A stretch of DNA of 64,000 nucleotides from NCBI GenBank assembly GCA_018675575.1, contig JABGXW010000029.1:21412-85411 (forward strand). The letters run 5' to 3'. The notes beneath the pieces were generated by a model that saw only the letters and a list, made by a program, of their open reading frames with translations, searched no databases and was not told the origin of the DNA. A program made the position numbers and the translations under genes. Of the stretch, positions 25,609 to 35,228 are shown one piece after another. This DNA comes from Bacteriovoracaceae bacterium (GTDB lineage Bacteria; Bdellovibrionota; Bacteriovoracia; Bacteriovoracales; Bacteriovoracaceae). How positions within the stretch are numbered: position 1 is the first letter of the stretch; every line of letters starts with the position of its first letter.

Positions 25609-27552
25609 ATGAAACTCCCTAGTTTAGTTGAGATTGAAATTAATAGTCGTTGTAATCTCACTTGTTCATATTGCCCAAACTCTGTAGCTGATAGAATTGA
25701 AAATGGAGATATGGACCCCAAACTATTCTCCCTTATAATTAGACAACTCAAAAAATATAATTATCAAGGACAGATGGCCTTTGAGTTTTACAATGAGCCG
25801 CTTCTGTGCGTCAATTTAGAGAATTTTATTCTCGAGGCAAAGGAGTCTCTCCCATTAATAACAATAATACTCTATTCAAATGGCACAAAATTAACAAAAG
25901 AAAAATTTAATAAACTTATAGTATGTGGGGTAGATAAGTTTATTATTACAAAACATGAGGGCGTGAAGAATATTCCTTTTGAGCAATTTTTTACCAGTAT
26001 GAACGAAGAGGACAGGTCTCATGTCTCTTTTCAAAATCATACCGAAGTTTCAAAGTATAACAGAGCTGGAATATTGCCCCACCTTGGTAGTGCAGAGGAT
26101 TTACGAGAAAAACCATGTAATATTCCAAATCATATTTTAACAATTTCCGTTTTAGGAAATGTTCTCTCTTGCTTTGAAGACTTTTATCAAAAGTATGTCT
26201 TTCAAAATGTAAAAGATGCTAATGTAATAGAGACTTGGAATAGCAATCCTTATAATCAATTTAGAAATGATCTAATAGACGGTAAACGAGAAATTTACAG
26301 TACTTGTAATAAATGTAATCGTGAAGATCGAAAGTTTGAAATGAATAAAAACAAACATATGATTGACGAATTAGAAATAGAGGCCATTAAGAAGGTGTTA
26401 GATAATGGTAAACTGTTTCGCTATAAACGAGAACCAGGGGAATGTGAAAATTTTGAGAAAGAATTTTCTAATTTTCTCGGGACAAAACATACCTCGTTAG
26501 TCACCAGTGGAACAAACGCATTAGTTGCTGCACTGATTACACTTAACATCACAGAAGGTGATGAAGTTATTATTCCTTCATATACATTTGTAGCTACCGC
26601 AAGTGCTGTTCTTACGGTCGGTGCCATCCCTGTGGTAGTAAATATTGGTAATGACTTATTAATATCTTTAACAGAAATAGAAAGTGCTATCACAGAAAGA
26701 ACAAAGCTTATCATACCTGTTCACATGGATGGTCTTCAATGTGAAATTGATAAGATTTCTGTTCTTGCAAAGGAGAAAAAACTTTTTTTAGTCGAGGATG
26801 TAGCGCAAGCATTAGGTGCAAGTTATAAAGGAAAAATGTTGGGATCTTTTGGTGATCTTGGATGTTTTTCTTTTAACAGAGATAAAACAATTACTTGTGG
26901 CGAAGGTGGAGCTGTCACCACTAATAATCAGTTATACAGCGAAAGACTGCTTTTTATTACAGATAATGCTTACCAGTATAATACATTTCATAAAAACAAA
27001 TTTACAAATATTACACCTTTTTTAGGTCTCTCCATGAGAATGTCTGAGATTTCTGGCGCCATGTTAAGGATTCAGTTAAAAAAGACAAGTAATATTATCG
27101 AACAAAATAAATTACGAAAAGACATTCTTACTAACTCTTTAAAAAATTCAAAACATTATAAAGAAAAGTTTTCAATAATCAATTCCGCAGACCCCGATGG
27201 ACAATGTTATTCCACTATTCATTTGAAGTTCAACGAACCTGATACAGCAGCACTAGTATCAAAGAAGTTTTTGTCACAAAAAATATTAATTATCCCTATA
27301 ACGTTAAGATTAGCCCATTTCGTTTGGAAGTGGAATAATATATTAAAACCGGGTTCATCCTACTCCAAAAGCAGAGACCCCTATGCTGCAACAGATAAAA
27401 AATATAACTATTCTAAAATCAATTACCTTCCCTCAATCGATATTATTATGTCCACATTAAGAGGTGAAATTGATATTACAAAGACAGAAGAAGAAACAAA
27501 GCTTATGGGTATTCAAATGGTAAAAATCATTGGAGCAGTATGTGGAAATTAA
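25609..27552 (+). CDS. Fusion protein: N-terminal radical SAM/SPASM-twitch domain plus C-terminal DegT/DnrJ/EryC1/StrS-family PLP aminotransferase
   Basis: N-terminal part: SRCNLTCSYC (CxxxCxxC), then the auxiliary-cluster region CNIPNHILTISVLGNVLSC...CNKC. C-terminal part from about aa 250: TSGTNALVAAL, IIPSYTFVATA, VEDVAQALG and the PLP-Lys block FSFNRDKTITCGEGG. Confidence 0.8.
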   Translation: MKLPSLVEIEINSRCNLTCSYCPNSVADRIENGDMDPKLFSLIIRQLKKYNYQGQMAFEFYNEPLLCVNLENFILEAKESLPLITIILYSNGTKLTKEKFNKLIVCGVDKFIITKHEGVKNIPFEQFFTSMNEEDRSHVSFQNHTEVSKYNRAGILPHLGSAEDLREKPCNIPNHILTISVLGNVLSCFEDFYQKYVFQNVKDANVIETWNSNPYNQFRNDLIDGKREIYSTCNKCNREDRKFEMNKNKHMIDELEIEAIKKVLDNGKLFRYKREPGECENFEKEFSNFLGTKHTSLVTSGTNALVAALITLNITEGDEVIIPSYTFVATASAVLTVGAIPVVVNIGNDLLISLTEIESAITERTKLIIPVHMDGLQCEIDKISVLAKEKKLFLVEDVAQALGASYKGKMLGSFGDLGCFSFNRDKTITCGEGGAVTTNNQLYSERLLFITDNAYQYNTFHKNKFTNITPFLGLSMRMSEISGAMLRIQLKKTSNIIEQNKLRKDILTNSLKNSKHYKEKFSIINSADPDGQCYSTIHLKFNEPDTAALVSKKFLSQKILIIPITLRLAHFVWKWNNILKPGSSYSKSRDPYAATDKKYNYSKINYLPSIDIIMSTLRGEIDITKTEEETKLMGIQMVKIIGAVCGN

Positions 27553-28561
27553 AGAATGGATTTTTAAGAACAAAAGATTCCATATGGAGACAATCGATAT
27601 ACCTGATAAACTCAAGACAGGCGATGTTCTCATCAAACCTTCTCTAGTAGGTATTTGTGGTTCAGATCTTTTTGCGATGGAACTTGTGCAAGATACTAAA
27701 ACATTGCGCTTAGGTCATGAATGGGTTGGAGAAGTTCTCGATCCCAACGGAACTACATTTAAAAAAGGTCAAAAGGTTACAAGCCCTGCCATCTTAGGTT
27801 GTGGTAAATGTGATTTTTGTAATAGAGGAGATTCACATCTCTGTACAAATTGTCTCGTCCTTGGTGGAGAAGAACTTGGACTACTTAGAAATATACTTAT
27901 TATTCATGAACGTCATTTAATTGAAACTCCTGATTTAAATCACTCATCCGCAGTACTCATTGAAGTTGCGGCAGTAAGCTTTGAGGCCCTTCGACAAATA
28001 AAATATCTTGGATATGATAAAAGTCATCAATTACTTATTTTTGGTGCTGGTCCGGTAGGACTTTTCTGTGCACTACAAGCGAAACAAGAAGGTTATAAAT
28101 ATAAGATAATTGAAGTGGATAAATTTAGAGTTCAGTTTGCACGTTCGCTCGGTTTAGATGTTGAGCAAACTCAATCTGCCGTTATGAATAGAGATTATTC
28201 AAAGAAATTTTCATTTATTGTAGATTGCTCAGGGGACGGAAATAATCGTTCAGGCTTTTGGAAATATTTTAATTTCTTTACCTCTGTTGGAGTTAAGGTA
28301 TTAATTGTCGGAAAATATTTAAATAACCCAACAATCAATTCGAACCTCTTCGCAAAGAAAGATTCGACGATAAAATGGATGAGGGGAATGAGCATAGATA
28401 TTCTCAAAGATACATATGATTTTTGGAAAGAAGATATTGAAAAGTTGTCGGATAAAATAATTACTCATCGATTTAGATTTAACGAAGTAGCTGAAGCCTT
28501 TGATGTTGCAATGAAGAGAAAAGATTCAATCAAAGTTGTTATTGATTTTTCAATAGACTAA
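27530..28561 (+). CDS. Zn-dependent medium-chain alcohol/polyol dehydrogenase
   Basis: GICGSDL, GHEWVGEV, structural-Zn cysteines CGKCDFCNRGDSHLC, Rossmann IFGAGPVGL. Overlaps the upstream fusion gene by 23 nt. Confidence 0.8.
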   Translation: MEQYVEIKEWIFKNKRFHMETIDIPDKLKTGDVLIKPSLVGICGSDLFAMELVQDTKTLRLGHEWVGEVLDPNGTTFKKGQKVTSPAILGCGKCDFCNRGDSHLCTNCLVLGGEELGLLRNILIIHERHLIETPDLNHSSAVLIEVAAVSFEALRQIKYLGYDKSHQLLIFGAGPVGLFCALQAKQEGYKYKIIEVDKFRVQFARSLGLDVEQTQSAVMNRDYSKKFSFIVDCSGDGNNRSGFWKYFNFFTSVGVKVLIVGKYLNNPTINSNLFAKKDSTIKWMRGMSIDILKDTYDFWKEDIEKLSDKIITHRFRFNEVAEAFDVAMKRKDSIKVVIDFSID

Positions 28562-30340
28562 TTAAGAATTCATCAACTGTCTTTCAACAGTGTTTTCTTG
28601 TTCTTCGAAGAGTAGATAATTAACATCATCTACCTGACTCTTAGTTAACTCTTCTGAAAAAAACTTTCCAACTCGAAGATGTTCAATTTTAACTTCAATA
28701 CTAGCAGGAAAGTTCAATTCACTTGTTAGTGTTTCACTTATTTTTCCAAGAAATGAATTAAACCATTTTCGTGTAAGTTTAAATATACTTGCTTCAGGAA
28801 TAGTTATGTGTGATTGAATCAATTTATTACATGTTAGCGATGGTAAATCAAATCTTTTCTCGATAAGCTCACTGATAACAAGTTTTACAAGAGATATATG
28901 ATTTGAAAATGACTCTTGATCTCTATATCCATGAAGTATTTTTTCTTCAATCAAAAACCTGTTTTGCCTCAAGCTAAAGTTTGAGATGTTCTTATTTTCT
29001 AATTTATTTTCCTTTTTAAAGTATTTGCAAAGCTCAATTACGCCCGATTGGATGGCCGATGAAAGAACCATCGTTGCATCATAATTTTTTAAACTTTGTT
29101 CGATCCAACCAAAATCAGAATATTTTTTTGCATAAAAGAACCATACCAAAAGATTTGTATAAGCATAGAAATCCCACAACGATTTTATATTAAATAATTC
29201 AAAACTCCCAAATCCTTGATATTGATCCTTATAAATTAATGTTAAAAAATCAAATTCATTTTTCATAAATTTGTTTATTACTTTAACTTTATGAGGTAAG
29301 TTTTCGTCACCTGATACAAGATGTGCTAACAGATGACACTCCCTTGCAATTATATCAGTACCCGGAGAATAAAAAGGGTCAATAAAACCATAAGCTTCAC
29401 CAAGATATGCAATTTTATCTGTAAAACAAAAATTTTCTCTGCAATAATCAAGCTGGGTTCCAAATTGGAAATCTAGCAATTCTGCCTCTATAATTAGTTT
29501 TTTTACAAAACTGTTCTCATTTAATGCTGCTAGAAATTCTTTTTCTGTTTCAATTGGTTTTGCCATATATTTTTTATCATAGACAATTCCAAAACTCACG
29601 ATGTCATCACCTATCGGGATGGCCCACACCCAAGACCCCTCTTTCATAAAGTGATTTGTTGAAAGATACCTGCTCGTAAAACCTACTTTTTCCTTCCATT
29701 TTTCAGAACCAATATTATCAATATCAATTACATTTTTAAAACGTCCCCACGCCGCAGCAGTATTTAAATCACCACTTGATATAATTGGATTTCTTTTTTC
29801 TAATAGGTCATCAATATTATTATTTCTTCCAGCTGTATTTACAAACCACTCACAACTAATGGAAATTTTCTTTTCTAAATGTTGAATTAATATTTCATGA
29901 GATTTATTTTTTTCTACTTTAATATTAGTAATATCTGCTTCTAATAATATATCAATACCTATCTTTGCATTCATTTTTAGTAAATCTGTATCAAACTTAG
30001 CTCTATCAATTTGGTAAGTTGGTATCACGGGAATCATATTTGTTCCTACTTCTGAACAAGATTCCACCTTGAAATCAATGCGACTATCTTCGAAGAAATA
30101 TCTTAATCCATTCTTAGGCAGATGATTTTGGTAACAATATGTCGACAGGCCTAAATCTCTAATCATAAATATTCCGGCAACACCAACTGTTGATTCACCA
30201 GGAGACCACTTAAACTCTTTTTCCTTTTCTATTATAAGAATCTTTTTATCTGGATATTGAAGCTTTAGAAAACGTGCTGCTAATGAACCAGAAAGTCTTC
30301 CGCCGGCAAATACCATGTCATAATGTTGCTTTAATTCCAC
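28562..30340 (-). CDS. FAD-dependent halogenase-like oxidoreductase (flavin-dependent halogenase signature)
   Basis: N-terminal dinucleotide fold (VFAGGRLSGSLAA...ILIIEKE). GSWVWAIPIG contains the WxWxIP motif. FIDPFYSPG fits FxxPxxSxG. Its stop abuts the ADH stop. Confidence 0.65.
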   Translation of the reverse strand: MELKQHYDMVFAGGRLSGSLAARFLKLQYPDKKILIIEKEKEFKWSPGESTVGVAGIFMIRDLGLSTYCYQNHLPKNGLRYFFEDSRIDFKVESCSEVGTNMIPVIPTYQIDRAKFDTDLLKMNAKIGIDILLEADITNIKVEKNKSHEILIQHLEKKISISCEWFVNTAGRNNNIDDLLEKRNPIISSGDLNTAAAWGRFKNVIDIDNIGSEKWKEKVGFTSRYLSTNHFMKEGSWVWAIPIGDDIVSFGIVYDKKYMAKPIETEKEFLAALNENSFVKKLIIEAELLDFQFGTQLDYCRENFCFTDKIAYLGEAYGFIDPFYSPGTDIIARECHLLAHLVSGDENLPHKVKVINKFMKNEFDFLTLIYKDQYQGFGSFELFNIKSLWDFYAYTNLLVWFFYAKKYSDFGWIEQSLKNYDATMVLSSAIQSGVIELCKYFKKENKLENKNISNFSLRQNRFLIEEKILHGYRDQESFSNHISLVKLVISELIEKRFDLPSLTCNKLIQSHITIPEASIFKLTRKWFNSFLGKISETLTSELNFPASIEVKIEHLRVGKFFSEELTKSQVDDVNYLLFEEQENTVERQLMNS

Positions 30341-30706
30341 TACTTATTTTAACCCTACCCTTTGTATCAAAGCAATATTCAATATAACGACATTTATTAG
30401 TCATTATTGACAGCTATTATCTCAAAAGTAATCAATCGACCCAACAAATTTTCTATATTTGAATTCTTGGTCTTTTTTAAATCTAAATGATTAATATAAT
30501 TATGGATTTTTTATCTGTGTTGCTGACGAGTTAATACACAAAATTTTATCAAAACATAATATTACATTCTTAAGCTGGTCTGAGCTGTAATGGTCAATGT
30601 ATTCATTAAAAATTTTTAGCATTAGAAACAATTTCTTCTTGATATTGTTTTTTTAAAACCGGCCCTGATAGGATCTTCTATTTTCCAAAACTCTCTATTT
30701 AAAAAT

Positions 30707-30783
30707 TGGTCGGAGCGACTGGATTCGAACCAGCGACCCCCTGCTCCCAAAGCAGGTGCGCTACCAAACTGCGCTACGCTCCG
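30707..30783 (-). tRNA. tRNA-Pro (anticodon UGG), CCA encoded
   Basis: Reverse complement: CGGAGCG TA GCGC AGTTTGGTA GCGC A CCTGC TTTGGGA GCAGG GGGTC GCTGG TTCGAAT CCAGT CGCTCCG A CCA. This gives a 77-nt cloverleaf with a 7-bp acceptor stem, TTCGAAT T-loop and anticodon loop TT-TGG-GA. Confidence 0.9.
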
Positions 30784-30824
30784 ACAAAAATCACATTGAA
30801 GAAAATTTATAATTAAAAAGCCAC

Positions 30825-31418
30825 TTATTGGCAATCTCTTTCTCCAACAAAGCTCAAAAGAGCTTTAACTGCTTTTGATCGATGGGAATGTTCTTGTTTA
30901 AATTCTGGCAGCATGGCCAAAGTATCTTGCTGCTCTCCATTAGTGGGGATAAAAACAGGATCGTAGCCAAAACCCTGCTCACCTTTGTATTCAGTCGCTA
31001 TGGCACCTTCGAGACGCCCTTCAAAGAAAAATATTTCATCCTCAGATAAATAAAGGCAAAGTACACAGATAAAATAAGCTGATCTCTGCTCGCCACTAAA
31101 CTCTAAAGATTTAGTAATAAGTAACCTGGCCCGGTTCTCATCACTTAGGCCCACTCCTCCAAATCTTGCGCTCTCAATTCCCAACTGATCAGGAAGGCCA
31201 GCTACACATAGACCCGAATCATCTGAAAGGATAGGCTTTTGGTAACGATCAAAATAGGCCTTAGCCTTTTTAAAAGAGTTTTCTAGAAAGCTCGCTCCAT
31301 CTTCAACCACTTCGAGTTTTTCTGATGCAGCACAAATATTGATCAACTTTACTGGACAAAGCTTAGCAAATTCTTCTGCCTTATGTGTATTACTAGTAGC
31401 AAGGATAATATCCATCAC
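30825..31418 (-). CDS. rdgB: Non-canonical purine NTP pyrophosphatase (RdgB/HAM1)
   Basis: ILATSNTHKAEEF and GFGYDPVF motifs. 4-nt overlap with rph. Confidence 0.85.
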   Translation of the reverse strand: MMDIILATSNTHKAEEFAKLCPVKLINICAASEKLEVVEDGASFLENSFKKAKAYFDRYQKPILSDDSGLCVAGLPDQLGIESARFGGVGLSDENRARLLITKSLEFSGEQRSAYFICVLCLYLSEDEIFFFEGRLEGAIATEYKGEQGFGYDPVFIPTNGEQQDTLAMLPEFKQEHSHRSKAVKALLSFVGERDCQ

Positions 31419-32119
31419 GACAAGGCGTCACTTTGGGCCTTAAATACAACTTTCAAAGACTCTTTCGCACAGTCAAGCAATGCTTGCATCTGATCTGAGG
31501 TGAAAGGCTGACCCTCAGCAGTTCCCTGCACTTCAATAAATTTCCCAGAGTCAGTCATGACAATATTCATATCGGTATCACAGCTTGAATCTTCTTCATA
31601 ATTAAGGTCTGCGATAATTTTTCCATTTTTGTTAATCCCAACAGAGATAGCTGCTAGGCCCTCCTTAAGGGGAGATTCTGCCAACTCACCGGACTTCAGT
31701 AGTGTATCAATGGCCAATTTCAAAGCAACATAAGCACCTGAAATTGAAGCCGTTCGAGTTCCACCATCGGCCACCAATACATCGCAGTCAACCATGAGAC
31801 TTCTCTCACCTAACTTTTCTAGATCAACAACTGAACGCAAAGACCTTCCAATCAATCTTTGTATTTCCATAGTTCGTCCACCAACTTTTGAACGCTCCCT
31901 TCTTACTCTTGAATGAGTTGCTGAGGGTAACATTGAATATTCAGCAGTTACCCAGCCTTCACCTCGACCTTTAAGCCAGGAGGGTATTTTGTCTTCTATA
32001 GTAACTGTTATATGAACTTTTGTATTTCCAAAATTGGCGATAACGCTTCCTGCTGCGTAAGGATTTTGGTTAAGCTCAAATGTAACATTTCGTGGGGTGT
32101 TTCTTTCGATTAGGGACAT
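31415..32119 (-). CDS. rph: Ribonuclease PH
   Basis: Typical RNase PH blocks: GSV..FGNTKV, RGEGW.TAEYSMLP, GGRTMEIQRLIGRSLR, CDVLVADGGTRTASI. Confidence 0.9.
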   Translation of the reverse strand: MSLIERNTPRNVTFELNQNPYAAGSVIANFGNTKVHITVTIEDKIPSWLKGRGEGWVTAEYSMLPSATHSRVRRERSKVGGRTMEIQRLIGRSLRSVVDLEKLGERSLMVDCDVLVADGGTRTASISGAYVALKLAIDTLLKSGELAESPLKEGLAAISVGINKNGKIIADLNYEEDSSCDTDMNIVMTDSGKFIEVQGTAEGQPFTSDQMQALLDCAKESLKVVFKAQSDALS

Positions 32120-32187
32120 AATTAACCTCGTTTAGATATTTTTGAGCTATATTAACTCTATATAGAAATCTTTGTAAACGGACAGTC

Positions 32188-32877
32188 GTGAAACATATTC
32201 ATCATAGCTCAATTGATTCAACTTCTTTGTTTTTGAAAAATAATTTCAATAAGTTTATCGCTGAAGATCAACAAATATTAGTAAGCACGGATAAACAGAC
32301 AAACGGGAGGGGGCGTTCAGGCCACACTTGGGAGCATCCTCTTAACTGTTTAACGTTCTCATTCACCTTAAAACCTTGTCCAATTCTAACACTCTCATCA
32401 TTAGAACTTGGAGTTTTATTGGCCCAATTCTTAAAAGGTAAGCTATATTTAAAGTGGCCCAACGATATTATTAATCTGGAGTATAAAAAATGTGGTGGCA
32501 TTCTTTGTCAGGTTATAGACAAAGAACATCTTGTAATTGGAATTGGTATAAACGCCGGAAAATTTTTAAGCACAGATTATCAATTTGATTATCCAATAGG
32601 ATCAGTCGATTCGGATCTTGTTCTAGAAAAAGAAGAATATAAAAATCTTCCCTTAGCTATCTATCAATATATTCTTGATAATAGATTAAGGCCTTTGGAC
32701 ATTATTAAATCATGGAATACTTATTGTTTTCATGCTGACAAAAAAGTTAAAATTGTCGATGGAAATACTTCTCATGAGGGCATCTTTAAACGAATAGATA
32801 AAAATGGGGCGGCTATTTTAGAAATTAATGGTGAAGATAAAGTAATTATGTGCGGGAGCTTATTCGTTATTTCTTAA
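32188..32877 (+). CDS. birA: Biotin--[acetyl-CoA-carboxylase] ligase, group I (no N-terminal HTH)
   Basis: QTNGRGRSGHTWE (GRGRxGRxW), KWPNDI, GIGIN. The 229-aa length leaves no room for a repressor domain. GTG start. Confidence 0.8.
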   Translation: MKHIHHSSIDSTSLFLKNNFNKFIAEDQQILVSTDKQTNGRGRSGHTWEHPLNCLTFSFTLKPCPILTLSSLELGVLLAQFLKGKLYLKWPNDIINLEYKKCGGILCQVIDKEHLVIGIGINAGKFLSTDYQFDYPIGSVDSDLVLEKEEYKNLPLAIYQYILDNRLRPLDIIKSWNTYCFHADKKVKIVDGNTSHEGIFKRIDKNGAAILEINGEDKVIMCGSLFVIS

Positions 32878-34414
32878 CAGAATCTGAAATAGACTGAATT
32901 TCTTTTGTGATTAAGTTCTGTGCCAAATCAGGAATAACTTCCCAAGAAATTTCTTCAACTTTTTCACGACATATCTCACGAATCATTTGTTCTATTTGTG
33001 GCATTAAGGATTCTTTAATCTTTTCAATAATAACTTCGTTGTCTACTTCAATCTCGAAAACTTCTTCAGCACCCAATGCTTTTTGAGCTTTCAGGAAAGA
33101 CTCTTCTTTCCGTTTAAAGTTTTCAACGTCTGCAACAGCTCCAGCACCAGAAACATAATCATCGATTTTAAACTCTTGAGTTGAGTCTTCATCTAGCCTA
33201 TAAGCGGGTGTGTTTTTATCGTCTACAGCCCAAAACTCTTCAGGAGAAGATTCATCGTGAATTTCCTGTGCCATATCATCACTTGTTGGCAGAATATTCA
33301 ATTGTGGATCTGTTTTTTCTAATTTTTCATTATACTCATTTTCATCTGGAGCAAGTTCATCTAACGAAACCAAAGTTGAAGTTGGACCCATAACTGATCC
33401 AGAATAATCGATATTAGACATGTCCGGATAAGACAAGTCCTCATCATCTGGAAAACTCATGTCCTCGTTATCTTCATCTCTAATGACTGTTGTAGCTCCC
33501 ACATTTCTTTCAATACTAAATTCACTCTCATCTTTTTTTGAAGAATCAATCATTAAGTTAATTTGTGAATTTGTTACATCAAAAGATTCTATTTCTTCTT
33601 CAGCCAATTGCTCAATGGCAATTTCTACAGCTTCTTCAATCTCTACGGGATCTTCATCCAAGATAAAGTTTTTCTTAATTTCTTCTCCTACAGCATTGAA
33701 CACTATTTTTTTTTCTTTTAATTCTTCATCGATGTGTGAAATCTCTATTTTCTTATCTTCAAAACTTTCTATTACAGGAGGAAAAATATCTTCTGAAGAC
33801 GAAGCTCCTATTATGGAAGGCATGGACATTCCCCAGCCCTGGACTTCAGATGTCAATGCACCAGGCTCTTCATTTTCGGGACCATCAACTTCCCAGCCTG
33901 ATCCGATCTCACTGGACTCGATTTCTTCAGTATTCTTTTCTGGAGATTCTCTTTCAATATCAAATTCTAAAGTAGAAGATTCTACTTCTTCATCACTATT
34001 CTCTTTGGATCTAAATTCAATAGTCTCTTCCAGAGGAGCTTTTTCTTCACACGTTGAAATAAGTTTTTCACATATTGAAATAAATTTTGAACTTTCAAAT
34101 GGTTTAACAATGTGATCTATATTTTTAAAATCACCTAAGTTAATTTCATCAGTATTATCAAAAGTTCCTAACATTACTAGGATGGGTAAATTTGCATTCT
34201 TTGCTCTAATTACTCCGATGAGTTCATTACCAGATTTGTTTTCGGATAAATTAAAATCCAACAATACGAGATCAAATAATTTTGACTCTAAAGAATTCAT
34301 CAACTCATCTTCAGTCAACGCTTGAAAAAGTTCATGATCAGTATCGGACAAAGTTATTCCGACTACTTTTTGAATGGTAAGGCTGTCATCAGCCACTAAA
34401 ATTCTGTTAGACAT
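32867..34414 (-). CDS. Response regulator (REC domain) with long acidic linker and C-terminal domain of unknown function
   Basis: ILVADDS...LVLLDFNL...VKPF receiver pattern in aa 1-120. The rest is Glu/Asp/Ser-rich. Confidence 0.7.
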   Translation of the reverse strand: MSNRILVADDSLTIQKVVGITLSDTDHELFQALTEDELMNSLESKLFDLVLLDFNLSENKSGNELIGVIRAKNANLPILVMLGTFDNTDEINLGDFKNIDHIVKPFESSKFISICEKLISTCEEKAPLEETIEFRSKENSDEEVESSTLEFDIERESPEKNTEEIESSEIGSGWEVDGPENEEPGALTSEVQGWGMSMPSIIGASSSEDIFPPVIESFEDKKIEISHIDEELKEKKIVFNAVGEEIKKNFILDEDPVEIEEAVEIAIEQLAEEEIESFDVTNSQINLMIDSSKKDESEFSIERNVGATTVIRDEDNEDMSFPDDEDLSYPDMSNIDYSGSVMGPTSTLVSLDELAPDENEYNEKLEKTDPQLNILPTSDDMAQEIHDESSPEEFWAVDDKNTPAYRLDEDSTQEFKIDDYVSGAGAVADVENFKRKEESFLKAQKALGAEEVFEIEVDNEVIIEKIKESLMPQIEQMIREICREKVEEISWEVIPDLAQNLITKEIQSISDSVKK

Positions 34415-34488
34415 TATTTCCTCTTCTACATTCTCACCTAATCTCGCCTACTTCGCAACACACGAAGTAAGAAATTTAGAAAATAGTA

Positions 34489-35226
34489 CTAAAACTGGAG
34501 GAAAATAGTCGTTTGATTATCGAGGTTCCCACGTGAGTTTGCTAGCTCAAACATCTCATCTATTTTTTTATTGGATGCTAGGTTTTTTTCAATGATATAT
34601 TCTATTTCCTTTTCAGAAATCCTTGCATATACACCATCTGTCATGAAGACAAATAGATCGTCTTTCAAGATTCTAATTTCATCCACCTTAAGGTGAAGAT
34701 CTTCAAATAATCCAAGACCACTGGTAGGAGCACAGTGGAAATGGGCCTCATAATCATCGTGTCCGAGATAGAGCTGGCCATCTGGCCTTGAGACCAATGA
34801 AAGATTTCCACGCCGGGATAAATAACAAAGGCAGTTCCCTGTTGAAACCAAAGTCATAATATTATCCGCAACAGACGCCCCTATGACCGAGGCCCCTCCA
34901 CGCTGATTCATTTCTTTATCGAGATTCATATCTTTAATTGTTGCATGGGCATAATGCATCGAATTGATCAAAGCATTGCCTTCTAATAAGTATTTATGGG
35001 AGTAATAAAATGGAAGGGTTGAATCAGGATCACCACCTATTTTAGTATAGAATTTTTTAATCGTTTCTTTAGCTACTTTTACTGTTTCATCCCCAACATT
35101 AGACCCGCCAAAACCATCCATTATCAGAAATAATTTATTTATCAGATCTATATCTTGCCCATCTTCATTAACTTGCAAGTACGGTCCTTGGTCTGTTCTG
35201 GCTGCGTATGATTTTAATTGATTCAT
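34489..35226 (-). CDS. PP2C-family Ser/Thr protein phosphatase
   Basis: RTDQG...VNED, MDGFGG, MTDG and DNQT blocks in the canonical order. Confidence 0.8.
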   Translation of the reverse strand: MNQLKSYAARTDQGPYLQVNEDGQDIDLINKLFLIMDGFGGSNVGDETVKVAKETIKKFYTKIGGDPDSTLPFYYSHKYLLEGNALINSMHYAHATIKDMNLDKEMNQRGGASVIGASVADNIMTLVSTGNCLCYLSRRGNLSLVSRPDGQLYLGHDDYEAHFHCAPTSGLGLFEDLHLKVDEIRILKDDLFVFMTDGVYARISEKEIEYIIEKNLASNKKIDEMFELANSRGNLDNQTTIFLQF

Positions 35227-35228
35227 AA

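Noticed and set aside
1-30706. Search by eye for a direct repeat of the tRNA-Pro 3-prime segment (att site), an integrase or a transposase to delimit a genomic island.
   Set aside because: None was found in the window. The island hypothesis is kept only as an inference in the findings. A computational repeat search is needed.
30622-30834. 70-aa ORF on the minus strand (…SVAQFGSAPALGAGGRWFESSRSDQF…).
   Set aside because: It is the translation shadow of the tRNA-Pro gene (30707-30783). The peptide motif is the classic artefact of reading through a tRNA.
33459-34115. 218-aa and 79-aa plus-strand ORFs inside the response-regulator gene. Similar cases: 36880-37326 and 38123-38368 inside the FHA genes.
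   Set aside because: These are Ser/Phe-rich antisense shadows of Glu/Asp-rich (GAA/GAT) coding tracts. They have no SD and no motifs.
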